From Octopus sinensis (taxonomy: Eukaryota): a stretch of 64,000 bases of DNA. The translations under genes were made by a program, and so were the position numbers. The notes under the pieces are model-generated. The model ran no database searches and was not told where the DNA came from. It was given only the letters and a program-made list of their open reading frames with translations. Of the stretch, positions 1 to 12,735 are shown piece by piece (the stretch's first letter is position 1; the number at the start of each line of letters is the position of its first letter). The stretch is from the NCBI RefSeq assembly GCF_006345805.1, contig NC_043023.1, forward strand, positions 12,338,001 to 12,402,000, in the 5' to 3' direction.

Positions 1-5
1 AGTTG

Positions 6-44
<39 letters not shown>

Positions 45-47
<3 letters not shown>

Positions 48-283
48 CTTTATCTACTACGATTTCATCTCAATCGAAGGAGAGGGACTTTCTCCGTCCG
101 GGTTGCAGATCCGTGGAATAAGCTGCCGGATGAGATAGTGAAGATGCCAACGACCGCTCTCTTGACCTGAAATGGCCTGAACTCTTTGCATGAACACCCT
201 TCCTGTATATAACTCCATGTCCCCCTACATGGCCTTGCTTTTTGCTTTTTGAGCCCAAAAATTAACTTAACCTGAGCTTAACT
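45..283 (+). mobile_element. CR1/L2-type LINE 3' fragment (ORF2 C-terminus plus 3' UTR)
   Basis: Manual translation from 45 gives KLYLLRFHLNRRRGTFSVRVADPWNKLPDEIVKMPTT. This matches the R..FS.RV...WN.LP..V motif at the end of CR1-clade ORF2 and is followed by a short AACTT-like tail. Confidence 0.7.
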
Positions 284-615
284 ATATCTGTGCTAGATTA
301 TTTTCTCAAAATGGTAGTTTCACTACTCACAAATTCATTCATACAGGACGAGATCCATATCTCTGATATCTGTTGTAAATGATTCTCTGAAAGACATTCC
401 TTAACTAAACACTGACTTACACATGCAGGACAGAAGCCATATCAGTGTGATATCTGTGGTAAAAAGTTTCCTTATACCAGTTACCGGAAAACAGCGAAAA
501 TGTATTCGTACAGGTGAGAAGCCATATCAGTGTGAAAGTAAATCATTCTCTAAAAATAGTCACTTGACTAAACATTAAAGTACACATACAGAAGAGAAGC
601 CTTATCACTGTGTTA
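284..615 (+). pseudogene. Decayed C2H2 zinc-finger array (~4 broken fingers)
   Basis: Repeated GAGAAGCCATATCAGTGTGATATCTGTGGTAAA-like units with stops and frameshifts. 900-1082 and 5615-5785 resemble the 3' UTR of the intact paralogs (22920-23185). Confidence 0.85.
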
Positions 616-694
616 TCTCTATATATATAAATAGCAAAATGTCTGCGTGCGTGTCCTTTATACAAATCCACAATTTTTCAGTTAGAGGGCTCGC

Positions 695-895
695 ACACAC
701 ACACACACATATATATATATATACATATATACGATGGGCTTCTTTCAGTTTCCAACTACCAAATCCACTCACAAGGCTTTGGTGGGCCCGAGGCTATAGT
801 AGAAGACACTTCCCCAAGGTGTCACACAGTGTGACTGAACCCGGAACCATGTGGTTGGTAAGCAAGCTACTTACCACACAGCCACTCCTGCACCT
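695..895 (-). mobile_element. tRNA-derived SINE, 5' part (family A)
   Basis: Reverse complement of the GGCGCAGGAGTGGCTGTGTGGTAAG...GGTTCAGTCCC (A/B box) head seen at 1988. Confidence 0.85.
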
Positions 896-1083
896 ATGTG
901 AAGATTTTTTACATGACAACAATTAAAACTATTTTGTCTGCTAAAACACAATGTTTTTTCCCTTCATCAACTTCAATATTGTCAAGGTGAACCTCAAATT
1001 TGTCATCATCTGTAAAAATATTCACTCTGAGACAACTTCATTACTGGAAATTTTATAGTATACTTGAATTTGTTAATAAAGAA

Positions 1084-1785
1084 TCTCTATATATATAAAC
1101 GGCAAGATGTCTGTCTGTGTGTGTGTTCTTTATACAAATCCACAATTTTTCAGTTAGAGGGCTTGCACTTTCTATGGTCATTCAAAACCGTCCGAGGGTG
1201 GTCGTGCACATCTTTACATTTCTCCAGTCACCCCGCAAAGCCATTAAAAATTTAATAGAAGTGACTTTTTTGTGAATTTTCTATCCAAAACCCAATCAAA
1301 ATGCCCGAAACTTGATACGCCAATTGAATGCCAGCTAGCTGTATGTGATTGGTCGGAGATTTGGACAGTAGTCGCATGTATGTGCGCGCACACGCAGCTG
1401 TATATGCATGCACTAGCACAATGACCACGCAACGCCGGGTCATAGTGCTAGTATATATATATATAAATGGCCAAATGTGTGTGTGTCCTTTATGCAAATC
1501 CACAATTTTTCATTTAGAGGGCTCGCAGTTTCTATGGTTTTTCAAAACCGTCCAAGAGTGGTCGTGCACATCTTTACATTTCCCCAGTCACCCCGCAAAG
1601 CCATTAAATATATATATAAACGGCAAAATGTCTGTGTGTGTGTCCTTTATACAAATCCACAATTTTTCAGTCAGAGGGCTCGCAGTTTCTATGGTTATTC
1701 AAAACCGTCCAAGGGTGGTCGTGCACATCTTTACAATCCCATTAAAAAATCAATAGAAGTAACTTTTTTGTGAATTTTCTATCAT
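1084..1785 (+). mobile_element. Non-autonomous Helitron (1084-1451) followed by tandem partial copies; another 5' fragment at 616-694
   Basis: Starts TC(TCTATATA). Ends with hairpin ACTAGCAC.ATGACC/GGTCAT.GTGCTAGT and CTAG at 1448-1451. The 5' segment is repeated at ~1452 and ~1608. Confidence 0.65.
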
Positions 1786-1987
1786 GACGGAACTGGATGC
1801 TGCAACTGCAGGAAATTTCATTTATTTGCTGTGATTCCATAGAACTTACAATCCAATATCCTAGATCTATTGTATACCGGACACTTTGATATGGAACGAA
1901 GAGGCAAGCAGCGAACATCGACAACAGGATTATGGTGAGATGAATGGCTAAGGGACCATTTTTTTTAGATATCGAAGTCCGCATATA

Positions 1988-2380
1988 GGCGCAGGAGTGG
2001 CTGTGTGGTAAGTAGCTTGTTTACCAACCACATGGTTCCAGGTTCAGTCCCACTGCGTGGCACCTTGGGCAAGTGTCTTCTACTATAGCCTCGGGCCGAC
2101 CAAAGCCTTGTCAGTGGATTTGGAAGACGGAAACTTAAAGAAGCCCATCGTATATATGTATATATATATATGCGTTTGTGTGTCTGTGTTTGTCCCCCTA
2201 GCATTGCTTGACAACCGATGCTGGTGTGTTTATGTCCCCGTTACTTAGCGGTTCGGCAAAAGAGACCGATAGAATAAGTACTGGGCTTACAAAAGAATAA
2301 GTCCCAGGGTCGAGTTGCTCGATTAAAGGTGGTGCTCCAGCATGGCCGCAGTCAGATGACAAACAAGTAAAAGAGAGTAA
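1988..2380 (+). mobile_element. tRNA-derived SINE, full length (family A)
   Basis: Pol III A/B-box head, CACCTTGGGCAAGTG core-like segment, internal (TA)/(TG) tract and AAGAGTA tail. Many copies in the window. Confidence 0.9.
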
Positions 2381-2624
2381 AGAGATATGGTTAGGGAGTA
2401 CATGGTACCAAAATAGAGGTGTGTTAACGACGTCACCAACCTGGGTACCAAGAGAAATATTGTAAGCAGGGAAACGATGGGAGAGAATTTACTGTGCCAC
2501 TGGTTCCCCCACGCCACGACCCTTTGAAGGCACACCACAGATTGTTGCTTGTAGAGTGGCTTCTTGTGGGACTGAGGGGAGAATGAGCCCTTGTGGGTAC
2601 ATGTTGCATGACCACCCTGATAAT

Positions 2625-3435
2625 GCATTTTTTTACTGCCCACAAGAGGGGACAAACAAGGACAGACAAAGGGATTAAGTGGGAAACTGGTACTTATTTA
2701 ATCAACCCCGAAAGGATGAAAGGCAAAGTCGACCTCGGCGGAATTTGAACTCAGAACGTAAAGACAGACGAAACACCTATTTCTTTACTATCCACAAGGG
2801 GCTAAACATAGAGGGGACAAACAAGGACAGAGAAAGGGATTAAGTCGATTACATCGACCCCAGTGCGTAACTGGTAGTTAATTTATCGACCCCGAAAGGA
2901 TGAAAGGCAAAGTCGACCTCAGCGGAATTTGAACTCAGAACGTAAAGACAGACGAAATACCTATTTCTTTACTATCCACAAGGGGCTAAACAAGGACAGA
3001 CAAAGGGATTAAGTCGATTACATCGACCCCAGTGGGAAACTGGTGCTTAATTTATCGACCCCGAAAGGATGAAAGGCAAAGTCGACCTTGGCGGAATTTG
3101 AATTCAGAACGTAAAGACAGACGAAACACCTATTTCTTTACTACCCACAAGGGGCTAAACATAGAGGGGACAAACAAGGACAGACAAAGGGATTAAGTCG
3201 ATTACATCAACCCCAGTGCGTAACTGGTAGTTAATTTATCGACCCCGAAAGGATGAAAGGCAAAGTCGACCTCGGCGGAATTTGAACTCAGAACGTAAAG
3301 ACAGACGAAATACCTATTTCTTTACTATCCACAAGGGGCTAAACAAGGACAGACAAAGGGATTAAGTCGATTACATCGACCCCAGTGCGTAACTGGTACT
3401 TAATTTATTGACCCCGAAAGGATGAAAGGCAAAGT
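2625..3435 (-). repeat. Tandem array (~4.5 x ~170-190 bp) of a Nin/Deu-domain SINE segment
   Basis: GACCCCGAAAGGATGAAAGGCAAAGTCGACCTCGGCGGAATTTGAACTCAGAACG recurs at ~2705, 2888, 3057, 3241 and 3410. Confidence 0.8.
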
Positions 3436-3662
3436 TGTGCACCCTGATAATGATGAGAATGGTGGGAAGATCTGGAGAAGGAACATCAATCGCAGTGCGA
3501 TGGATGGCAGAGAGGTCAAATATAGGGAAAATCAGCAAAGTGAAAGTAGAGATACAGGGGTCAGGGTATAAGCTACAGGTGACTGTAGTTAATGAGATGG
3601 TGGACGTAGTGGTTGGAACGGACATTATCGAACGTTTTCAAATACAGTGTGTAGTTGATTGA
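3435..3662 (+). mobile_element. Possible degenerate Ty3/gypsy protease remnant
   Basis: ORF ends VTVVNEMVDVVVGTDIIERF, resembling the retropepsin D.ILG.D.L motif. No catalytic DTG is visible. Confidence 0.35.
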
Positions 3663-3736
3663 AAAGAAATAAACGACACACGGACACGCTTTTACTCCAG
3701 GTAATTTTTATGTAAAGCTTAAGAAAGTTATACAGT

Positions 3737-4548
3737 GGGTGCAGGAGTGGCTGTGTGGTAAGTAGCTTGCTTACCAACCACATGGTTCAGGGTTCATTCC
3801 CACTGCGTGACACCTTGGGCAAGTGTCTTCTACTATAGCCTTGGGCCAACCAATACCTTGTGAGTGGATTTGGTAGACGGAAACTGAAAGAAGCCCGTCG
3901 TATATATGTATATATATATATATATGCGTGTGTGAGTCTGTGTTTGTCCCCCTTGCATTGCTTGACAACCGATGCTGGTGTGTTTACGTCCCCGTTACTT
4001 AGCGGTTCGGCAAATGAGACCGATAGAATAAGTACTGGGCTTACAAAAGAATAAGACCCGGGGTCGAGTTGCTCGACTAAAGGCGGTGCTCCAGCCTGGC
4101 CGCAGTCAAATGACTGAAACAAGTAAAAGAGTAAACTTAGCGGTTCAGCAAAAGAGACCGATAGAATAAAGTACTGGGCTTACAAAAGAATAAGTCCCGG
4201 GGTTGAGTTGCTCAACTAAAGGCGGTGCTCCAGCATGGCTGCAGTCAAATGACTGAAACAAGTAAAGGAGTAAACTTAGCGGTTCGGCAAAAGAGACCAA
4301 TAGAATAAAGTACTGGGCTTACAAAATAATAAGTCCTGGGGTTGAGTTGCTCGACTAAAGGCGGTGCTCCAGCATGGCCGCAGTCAAATGACTGAAACAA
4401 GTAAAAGAGTAAACTTAGCGGTTCGGCAAAAGAGACCGATAGAATAAAGTACTGGGCTTACAAAACAATAAGTCCCGAGGTTGAGTTGCTCGACTAAAGG
4501 CGGTGCTCCAGCATGGCCGCAGTCAAATGACTGAAACAAGTAAAAGAG
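3737..4548 (+). mobile_element. SINE family A with its 3' ~138 bp present as 4 tandem copies
   Basis: ACTTAGCGGTTC unit starts at 3997, 4135, 4274 and 4413. Confidence 0.9.
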
Positions 4549-4845
4549 TGGGTTAAAAGAAATACGACCGAGATCAGTACTTTGAATAAGGTATCAGTGG
4601 ATGGACTGCAGTATCACGTGTTCGATATTCAAAGAGTGATTAGGTGTTCCAATGATGTTGGGGTGGGGAAGGACAACCCCGTGACTTGAAGGAGATCTGA
4701 AAGGGAACAACGCCCTCGGCCCCGACAGAACGGAGGATTATGAAACGGAATAGAGAAGCAGTTTTCGTAGTCGCGCATCCACGATAGCTAGTCGTGAGTA
4801 GTCGATCCTTACTTTGTGTTTTATTTACTTTGTTATAAAAGAATT

Positions 4846-5614
4846 GGATCTTTTCCGTTTGACCGGCAGTTTTAAAAAATAATTTCCACGTAACTAAACA
4901 CTTTTAAACTTCGTATACTGGTAGAATGTGTTTATAAAACATCTTTTTCTCTTGGCTTTATTGAGAAAATTCTATAGTTTGTAAGATATTTGGGATCTTT
5001 ACGGTTTGAACGGCAGTTTTTTAAAATAATTTCCACGTAACTAAACTCTTTTAAACTTCGTATACTGGTAGAATGTGTTTATAAAACATCTTTTTCTCTT
5101 GGCTTTATTGAGAAAATTCTATAGTTTGTAAGATATTTGGGATCTTTACGGTTTGAACGGCAGTTTTTTAAAATAATTTCCACGTAACTAAACACTTTTA
5201 AACTTCGTATACTGGTGGAATGTGTTTATAAAACATCTTTTTCCACGTAACTAAACACTTTTAAACTTCGTATACTGGTAGAATGTGTTTATAAAACATC
5301 TTTTTCTCTTGGCTTTATTGAGAAAATTCTATAGTCCATAAGATATTTGTTGTTGTTTTTCCTCAATTTCTGCAATTTCAACCAATCAATGACATCTATT
5401 GGGGTAAAAAACATTATGTGCCGTATGAATATGTCCCTTGTTTAAAAAACAGATTGGGTTTACTTATATTTCTGAAGAAATAAAGAAACCCTTGTCCCCA
5501 ATCCTAACCCTAAAACAGATTGAAATGCAGTAGATCGATACTAGGGTCATAATTATGGGTGACAATTTCATATGACACTGCTAGAAAAAACTGCCGTTCA
5601 AACTGGAAAGATCC
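4846..5614. mobile_element. MITE with GGATCTTTT..TTTGA.CGGCAG TIRs and ~146-bp internal tandem repeats
   Basis: Ends GGATCTTTTCCGTTTGACCGGCAG / CTGCCGTTCAAACTGGAAAGATCC. Family copies at ~6350-6985 (fragments), 17506-18214, 19058-19621 and 45368-45688 (partial). Confidence 0.8.
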
Positions 5615-5789
5615 CATCATCTTTATCTATAAAAATATTGACTCTGAGATAACTTGATTACTGAAAATGCCTGTGTTTGGATTTTGATGAATTTGTTCCA
5701 AAAGAAAAATGAATAAAAAGTTAGACCGACCATCTTGTATTTTGTTTCTCTAAATCTAGACACTGTCCCTTCTATACCTAAAACATCTA

Positions 5790-6180
5790 TGTTTAGCCCC
5801 TTATGGGTAGTAAAGGAATAGGTATTTCGTCTGCCACTACGTTCTGAGTTCAAATTCCGCCAAGGTCGACTTTGCCTTTCATCCTTTCGGGGTCGATAAA
5901 TTAAGTACCGGTTACGCACAGGGGTCGATGTAATCGACTTAATCCGCTTGTTTGTCCCCTCTGTGTTTAGCCCCTTGTGGATAGTAAAGAAATAGGTATT
6001 TCGTCTGCCGTTACGTTCTGAGTTCAAATCCCGCCGCGGTCGACTTTGCCTTTCATCCTTTCAGGGTCGTTAAATTAAGTACCAGTTACGCACTGGGGTC
6101 AATGTAATCGACTTAATCCCTTTCTCTGTCCTTGTTTGTCCTCTCTATGTTTAGCCCCTTGTGGGCAATAAAGAAATAAG
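5790..6180 (+). repeat. Nin/Deu-domain SINE segment, tandem dimer
   Basis: Two copies of GTTCTGAGTTCAAAT..CGACTTTGCCTTTCATCCTTTC.GGGTCG. Confidence 0.8.
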
Positions 6181-7059
6181 GAATAAGAACTCTGCTGTAG
6201 GAGCCACATCAAAATCACTAGTGGTGGTGCCATACAAACGGAAAAGCACCAATGATACCGTCGCCTAAAAGGTCCTGGTGAAGGTACCACATTAAGAAGC
6301 AGTAACTGGTGGCACATACAATACCTTGGTGATGGTCTCATGTAGAAAGCATTTGGGAAAAGATTCCCATTGGTGAGAATTTGATTTCAACCAACCAATG
6401 ACGTCTATTGAGGTAAAAAAAACATTCTGTGCCGTATGAATATGTCCCTCGTTTAAGAAACAGATTGAAATGCAATAGATTGATACTAGGGTCATAATTA
6501 TGGGTGACAATTTTATATGACACCCCTAGAAAAAACTGCTGTTCAAACGGAAAAGATCCCATTGGTGAGAATTTGATTTCAACCAAACAATGACATCTAT
6601 TGAAGTGAAAAAAACATTCTGTGCCTTATGAATATGTCCCTCGTTTAAGAAACAGATTGGGTTTATTTACATATCTGAAGAAAAAAAGTTACCCTTTCCA
6701 TCACCCCTAAGTCTAATCCTAACCCTAAAACAGATTGAAATGCAATAGATTGATACTATATTCTATAGTTTGTAAGATATTTGTTTTGTTTTTTTTTCAA
6801 TTTCTGCAATTTCAACCAATCAATGACGTCCATTGAGGTAAAAAAAAAACATTCTGTGCGTATGAATATGTCCCTCGTTTAAGAAACAGATTGGATTTAT
6901 TTACATTTGTGAAGAAAACAAGATACCCTAACACTAAAATTTCATATGACACTGCTAGAAAAAACTGCCGTTCAAACCGAACAGATCATCGCCCTCAACA
7001 GAATGGACGACAACGAAACGGAATAAAGACGTATTGTTCTTTTGATCAGGGTCAATTGT

Positions 7060-7806
7060 CGAGGAAGGAGAATAATTAGAAGGGAGAGGAAATGACGTCA
7101 GGAAGGCAGAGGTTGAAGATGTCTTTATTCCTACAGTATCTGCGATGATGGTGGGGGCGCAATGGCCCAGTGGTTAGGGCAGCGGACTCGCGGTTTCGAT
7201 TCCCAGACCGGGCATTGTGAGTGTTTATTGAGCGAAAACACCTAAAGCTCCACGAGGCTCCGGCAGGGGATGGTGGTGATCCCTGCGGTACTCTTTCACC
7301 ACAACTTTCTCTCACTCTTACTTCCTGTTTCTGTTGTACCTGTATTTCAAAGGGCCGGCCTTGTCACGCTGAATCTCCCCGAGAACTACGTTAAGGGTAC
7401 ACATGTCTGTGGAGTGCTCAGCCACTTACACGTTAATTTCACGAGCAGGCTGTTCCGTTGATTCGGATCAACCGGAACCCTCGTCGTCGTAACTGACGGA
7501 GTGCTTCCCCCATCTGCAATGATGCCAAGTCGTGTGCCGGGAAACGGCCGCAGAGTAGAATATGTGAGTACGCTTTCTTAAAATAATTTGAAAGAACTTG
7601 AAGGGGAAGTTGTTGATAGAAAGGGACAAAGAAAAACCCTTGAAAGAAACCAATCGCTCAGTAGAGACATCTATTGTAGAATTATAGAATTACAATAGTA
7701 TAAAGGGAAATAACTTCTACAACAGTTCAACCGAGGTCCAAGTAAATTATTAATTAAGGTGCTTAATTACTGAACACTGACTCGTTTATATGTGAATACG
7801 GTAAAT
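7060..7806 (+). promoter_or_regulatory. Putative promoter/first non-coding exon of the 13.9-kb ZNF gene, interrupted by a SINE
   Basis: Homologous to 18215-18645. TGACGTCA at ~7093, degenerate CTCF-like motif at 7663-7677, and donor-like GAATACG|GTAAAT at 7801. Confidence 0.5.
7152..7510 (+). mobile_element. tRNA-derived SINE (family B)
   Basis: GGCGCAATGGCCCAGTGGTTAGGGCAGC...GGTTTCGATTCCC head. A related copy lies at ~37000-37295 on the minus strand. Confidence 0.8.
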
Positions 7807-7820
7807 TGACAAAGGTTTAC

Positions 7821-8523
7821 GGTACTACCAGCGAACAGTGGTCCCGGTGCGCGCACTCGCGATAGCTAGTCGTAAGTAGTCGATCCTACACGAATTTTTA
7901 ACCCTAAACCTAAACCTAGCTCTACTAGCGAACAGTGGTCCCGGTGCGCGCACTCGTGATAGCTAGTCGTAAGTAGTCGATCCTACACGAATTTTTAATC
8001 CTAAACCTAAACCTAGTTCTACTAGCGAACAGTGGTCCCGGTGCGCGCACTCGCGATAGCTAGTCGTAAGTAGTCGATCCTACACGAATTTTTAACCCTA
8101 AACCTAAACCTAGTTCTACTAGCGAACAGTGGTCCCGGTGCGCGCACTCGTGATAGCTAGTCGTAAGTAGTCGATCCTACACGAATTTTTAACCCTAAAC
8201 CTAAACCTAGTTCTACTAGCGAACAGTGGTCCCGGTGCGCGCACTCGCGATAGCTAGTCGTAAGTAGTCGATCCTACACGAATTTTTAACCCTAAACCTA
8301 AACCTAGTTCTACTAGCGAACAGTGGTCCCGGTGCACGCACTCACTCTAGCTAGTTTTAAAAATTACTTCCATCGTGATTTTGTGAATCGCCGTTTTATT
8401 TACTTTGTTTAAAAAATTATTTATTTTGTATTTTATTTACTTTGCTTGGTAGTTGTAGGATCGACTAGTCACGGCTAGCTAGCGCGAGTACGCGCACCGG
8501 GACCACTCTTCTAAAATAGTACC
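7821..8523. mobile_element. GGTACTA-TIR MITE with 97-bp tandem array (~5.3 copies)
   Basis: AGCGAACAGTGGTCCCGGTGCGCGCAC at 7830, 7927, 8024, 8121 and 8218, with a 1-nt variant at 8315. Inverted copy at 8455-8523. Relatives at 18868-19020 and 47463-47945. Confidence 0.8.
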
Positions 8524-8749
8524 CAAATTAATTTACTTGTATGACATGTAACATTTGATCATAGGTTTCCATAAACGACAGATCGGTACTACAAGCGAAC
8601 AGTGGTCCCATTGCGCGCACTCGCTCTAGCTAGTCGTAAGTAGTCGATCCTACAACAACTTTTTAACCCTAAACCTAACCCTAACCTTAGTTTGTTTATA
8701 AAAATAATTTATTTACTTAGTTTAAAAAATCATTTACTTTGCGTTTTAT

Positions 8750-9192
8750 GGCGATCTTTCGTCTCTAGTAGACCTTTCCGTCGATTTCCGTAAAAAAAAT
8801 TTTTTTTTTTTACATATGGGCTTGCGGGAACTTTTGAAGTAATGAGAGCGAAAGAGACTAAGAGGAAGCGATTTTATGACGAGGGAAGTTCTTTTGAAGT
8901 TACCGTGCATGGACTCTCTCTGTCTCTTCACACACACTAACAGAAGCACTTCACTTACACAACATACTGTCTGTCTCCCACACCCCATCAAACACACACA
9001 CACACACACACACATGTACATCAATGCTTCACATGCACGGTAACTTCAAAAGAACTTCCCTCGTCATACAATCGCTTTCTCTTAGTCTCTTTCGCTCTCA
9101 TTACTTCAAAAGTTCCCGCAAGCCCATATGTATAAAAAAAAAAATTTTTTACGGAAATCGACGGAAAGGTCTACTGGGGACGAAAGATCGCC
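8750..9192. mobile_element. GGCGATC-TIR MITE (~160-bp TIRs)
   Basis: GGCGATCTTTCGTC...GACGAAAGATCGCC. Same family as 38106-38508. Confidence 0.85.
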
Positions 9193-9246
9193 AATAATTT
9201 ATTTACTTAGTTTAAAAAATTATTTACTTTGTTCGCTAGTAGTACC

Positions 9247-12200
9247 GGATCTTTTCTTTTTGATGGACGGAATTTTCTAGTTAACTAAAAAATTTGAAAC
9301 TTCGTACACTGGTAGAATGTGTCAAAAGAAAACATTATTGTAATTTCTAAGTTTAACGTGCGTGTGTGTGTGTTATTGTTGTGTGTGTGTGTGTGTGTTA
9401 TTGTTGTGTGTGTGTGTGTGTGTTATTGTTGTGTATGTGTGTGTGTTATTGTTGTGTATGTGTGTGTGTTATTGTTGTGTGTGTGTGTGTGTGTTATTGT
9501 TGTGTATGTGTGTGTGTGTTATTGTTGTGTATGTGTGTGTGTGTTATTGTTGTGTATGTGTGTGTGTGTTATTGTTGTGTATGTGTGTGTGTTATTGTTG
9601 TGTGTGTGTGTGTGTGTTATTGTTGTGTATGTGTGTGTGTTATTGTTGTGTGTGTGTGTGTGTGTTATTGTTGTGTATGTGTGTGTGTTATTGTTGTGTG
9701 TGTGTTATTGTTGTGTGTGTGTGTGTGTGTTATTGTTGTGTATGTGTGTGTGTTATTGTTGTGTATGTGTGTGTTATTGTTGTGTGTGTGTGTTATTGTT
9801 GTGTATGTGTGTGTGTTATTGTTGTGTATGTGTGTGTGTTATTGTTGTGTGTGTATGTGTGTTTTTGTTGTGTATGTGTGTGTGTTTTTGTTGTGTATGT
9901 GTGTGTATGTTATTGTTGTGTATGTGTGTGTGTTATTGTTGTGTATGTGTGTGTGTTATTGTTGTGTATGTGTGTGTTATTGTTGTGTGTGTGTGTGTGT
10001 GTTATTGTTGTGTATGTGTGTGTGTTATTGTTGTGTATGTGTGTGTTATTGTTGTGTGTGTGTATGTGTGTGTTATTGTTGTGTGTGTATGTGTGTGTTT
10101 TTGTTGTGTATATGTGTGTGTTATTGTTGTGTGTGTATGTGTGTGTTATTGTTGTGTATGTGTGTGTGTGTTATTGTTGTGTATGTGTGTGTGTTATTGT
10201 TGTGTATGTGTGTGTGTGTTATTGTTGTGTGTGTGTGTGTGTTATTGTTGTGTATGTGTGTGTTATTGTTGTGTGTGTGTATGTGTGTGTTATTGTTGTG
10301 TGTGTATGTGTGTGTTTTTGTTGTGTATATGTGTGTGTTATTGTTGTGTGTGTATGTGTGTGTTATTGTTGTGTATGTGTGTGTGTGTTATTGTTGTGTA
10401 TGTGTGTGTGTTATTGTTGTGTATGTGTGTGTGTGTTATTGTTGTGTGTGTGTGTGTGTTATTGTTGTGTATGTGTGTGTGTTTTTGTTGTGTATGTGTG
10501 TGTGTTATTGTTGTGTATGTGTGTGTTATTGTGTGTGTGTGTGTGTGTGTGTGTTATTGTTGTGTATGTGTGTGTGTTATTGTTGTGTGTGTGTGTGTGT
10601 GTTATTGTTGTGTATGTGTGTGTTATTGTTGTGTGTATGTGTGTGTGTGTGTTATTGTTGTGTATGTGTGTGTATGTTATTGTTGTGTATGTGTGTGTAT
10701 GTTATTGTTGTGTATGTGTGTGTGTTATTGTTGTGTATGTGTGTGTGTTATTGTTGTGTATGTGTGTGTGTTATTGTTGTGTATGTGTGTGTGTTATTGT
10801 TGTGTATGTGTGTGTTATTGTTGTGTGTGTGTGTGTGTGTGTTATTGTTGTGTATGTGTGTGTGTGTTTTTGTTGTGTATGTGTGTGTGTGTTTTTGTTG
10901 TGTATGTGTGTGTGTTATTGTTGTGTATGTGTGTGTGTTATTGTTGTGTGTGTGTGTTATTGTTGTGTATGTGTGTGTGTTTTTGTTGTGTATGTGTGTG
11001 TGTGTTTTTGTTGTGTATGTGTGTGTGTGTTATTGTTGTGTGTGTGTGTTATTGTTGTGTATGTGTGTGTGTTATTGTTGTGTATGTGTGTGTGTTATTG
11101 TTGTGTATGTGTGTGTGTTATTGTTGTGTATGTGTGTGTTATTGTTGTGTATGTGTGCGTGTTTTTGTTGTGTGTGTGTGTGTGTTATTGTTGTGTATGT
11201 GTGTGTGTGTGTTTTTGTTGTGTGTGTGTGTGTGTTATTGTTGTGTATGTGTGTGTGTTTTTGTTGTGTATGTGTGTGTGTGTGTTATTGTTGTGTGTGT
11301 GTGTGTGTGTTATTATTGTGTATGTGTGTGTGTGTGTTATTGTTGTGTGTGTGTGTTATTGTTGTGTATGTGTGTGTGTTTTTGTTGTGTATGTGTGTGT
11401 GTGAGTTATTGTTGTGTGTGTGTGTGTGTGTTATTATTGTGTATGTGTGTGTGTGTGTTATTGTTGTGTGTGTGTGTTATTGTTGTGTATGTGTGTGTGT
11501 TATTGTTGTGTATGTGTGTGTTATTGTTGTGTATGTGTGCGTGTTTTTGTTGTGTGTGTGTGTGTTATTATTGTGTATGTGTGTGTGTGTGTTTTTGTTG
11601 TGTGTGTGTGTGTGTGTTTTTGTTGTGTATGTGTGTGTGTGTTATTGTTGTGTATGTGTGTGTGTGTTTTTGTTGTGTATGTGTGTGTGTGTTTTTTGTG
11701 TGTGTGTGTGTGTGTTATTGTTGTGTGTGTGTGTGTTATTGTTGTGTGTGTGTGTGTTATTATTGTGTATGTGTGTGTGTGTGTTTTTATTGTGTATGTC
11801 TGTGTGTTTTTGTTGTGTATGTGTGTGTGTGTTTTTGTTGTGTATGTGTGTGTGTGTTATTGTTGTGTATGTGTGTGTGTGTTTTTGTTGTGTATGTGTG
11901 TGTGTGTGTTTTTGTTGTGTATGTGTGTGTGTGTTTTTGTTGTGTATGTGTGTGTGTGTGTTATTGTTGTGTGTGTGTGTGTGTTTTTGTTGTGTGTGTG
12001 TGTGTGTGTATTTGTTGTATATGTGTGTGTGTTATTGTTGTGTGTGTGTGTGTGTTTTTGTTGTGTATGTGTGTGTGTGTGTTATTGTTGTGTGTGTGTG
12101 TGTGTGTTTTTGTTGTGTGTGTGTGTGTGTATTTGTTGTATATGTGTGTGTGTTATTGTTGTGTGTGTGTGTGTTTTTGTTGTGTGTGTGTGTGTGTGTT

Positions 12201-12735
12201 ATTGTTGTGTATGTGTGTGTGTGTTATTGTTGTGTATGTGTGTGTGTGTTTTGTTGTGTATGTGTGTGTGTGTTTTTGTTGTGTATGTGTGTGTGTGTTT
12301 TTGTTGTGTGTGTGTGTGTGTGTTATTGTTGTGTGTGTGTGTGTGTGTATTTGTTGTATATGTGTGTGTGTTATTGTTGTGTGTGTGTGTGTGTGTGTGT
12401 TTTTGTTGTGTATGTGTGTGTGTTATTGTTGTGTATGTGTGTGTGTGTTTTTGTTGTGTATGTGTGTGTGTTATTGTTGTGTATGTGTGTGTGTTTTTTT
12501 GTTGTGTATGTGTGTGTGTGTTATTGTTGTGTGTGTGTGTGTGTGTGTGTTTTTGTTGTGTATGTGTGTGCGTGTTTTTGAGCTCAAATGCTGGGATTTC
12601 ATTGGTTAAAATTCGAAGAATTAAACTACGTTAAACTTACAAATTACAATTTTGTTTACAATAATGTTTTCTTTTGACACATTCTACCATTTTTTAGTTA
12701 ACTAGAAAATTCCGTCCATCAAAAAGAAAAGATCC
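9247..12735. mobile_element. GGATCTTTTC-TIR MITE whose interior has expanded into a microsatellite
   Basis: GGATCTTTTCTTTTTGATGGACGGAATTTTCTAGTTAAC at 9247 is mirrored at ~12697-12735. Confidence 0.85.
9357..12578. repeat. ~3.2-kb compound microsatellite (TG)n-TTATTGTTG / TTTTTGTTG
   Basis: Direct reading; variable unit of ~18-26 bp. Confidence 0.98.

Noticed and set aside
1988-2060. tRNA genes at SINE heads (also 7155)
   Set aside because: A/B boxes run into multi-copy SINE bodies; no complete cloverleaf established.
7821-8360. CRISPR-like regular repeat
   Set aside because: Contiguous 97-bp units without unique spacers, eukaryotic context, no cas genes.
9319-12634. ORFs of 406-1096 aa rich in Cys/Val
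   Set aside because: Stop-free frames of a (TG)-based microsatellite inside a MITE; all three plus frames are open.
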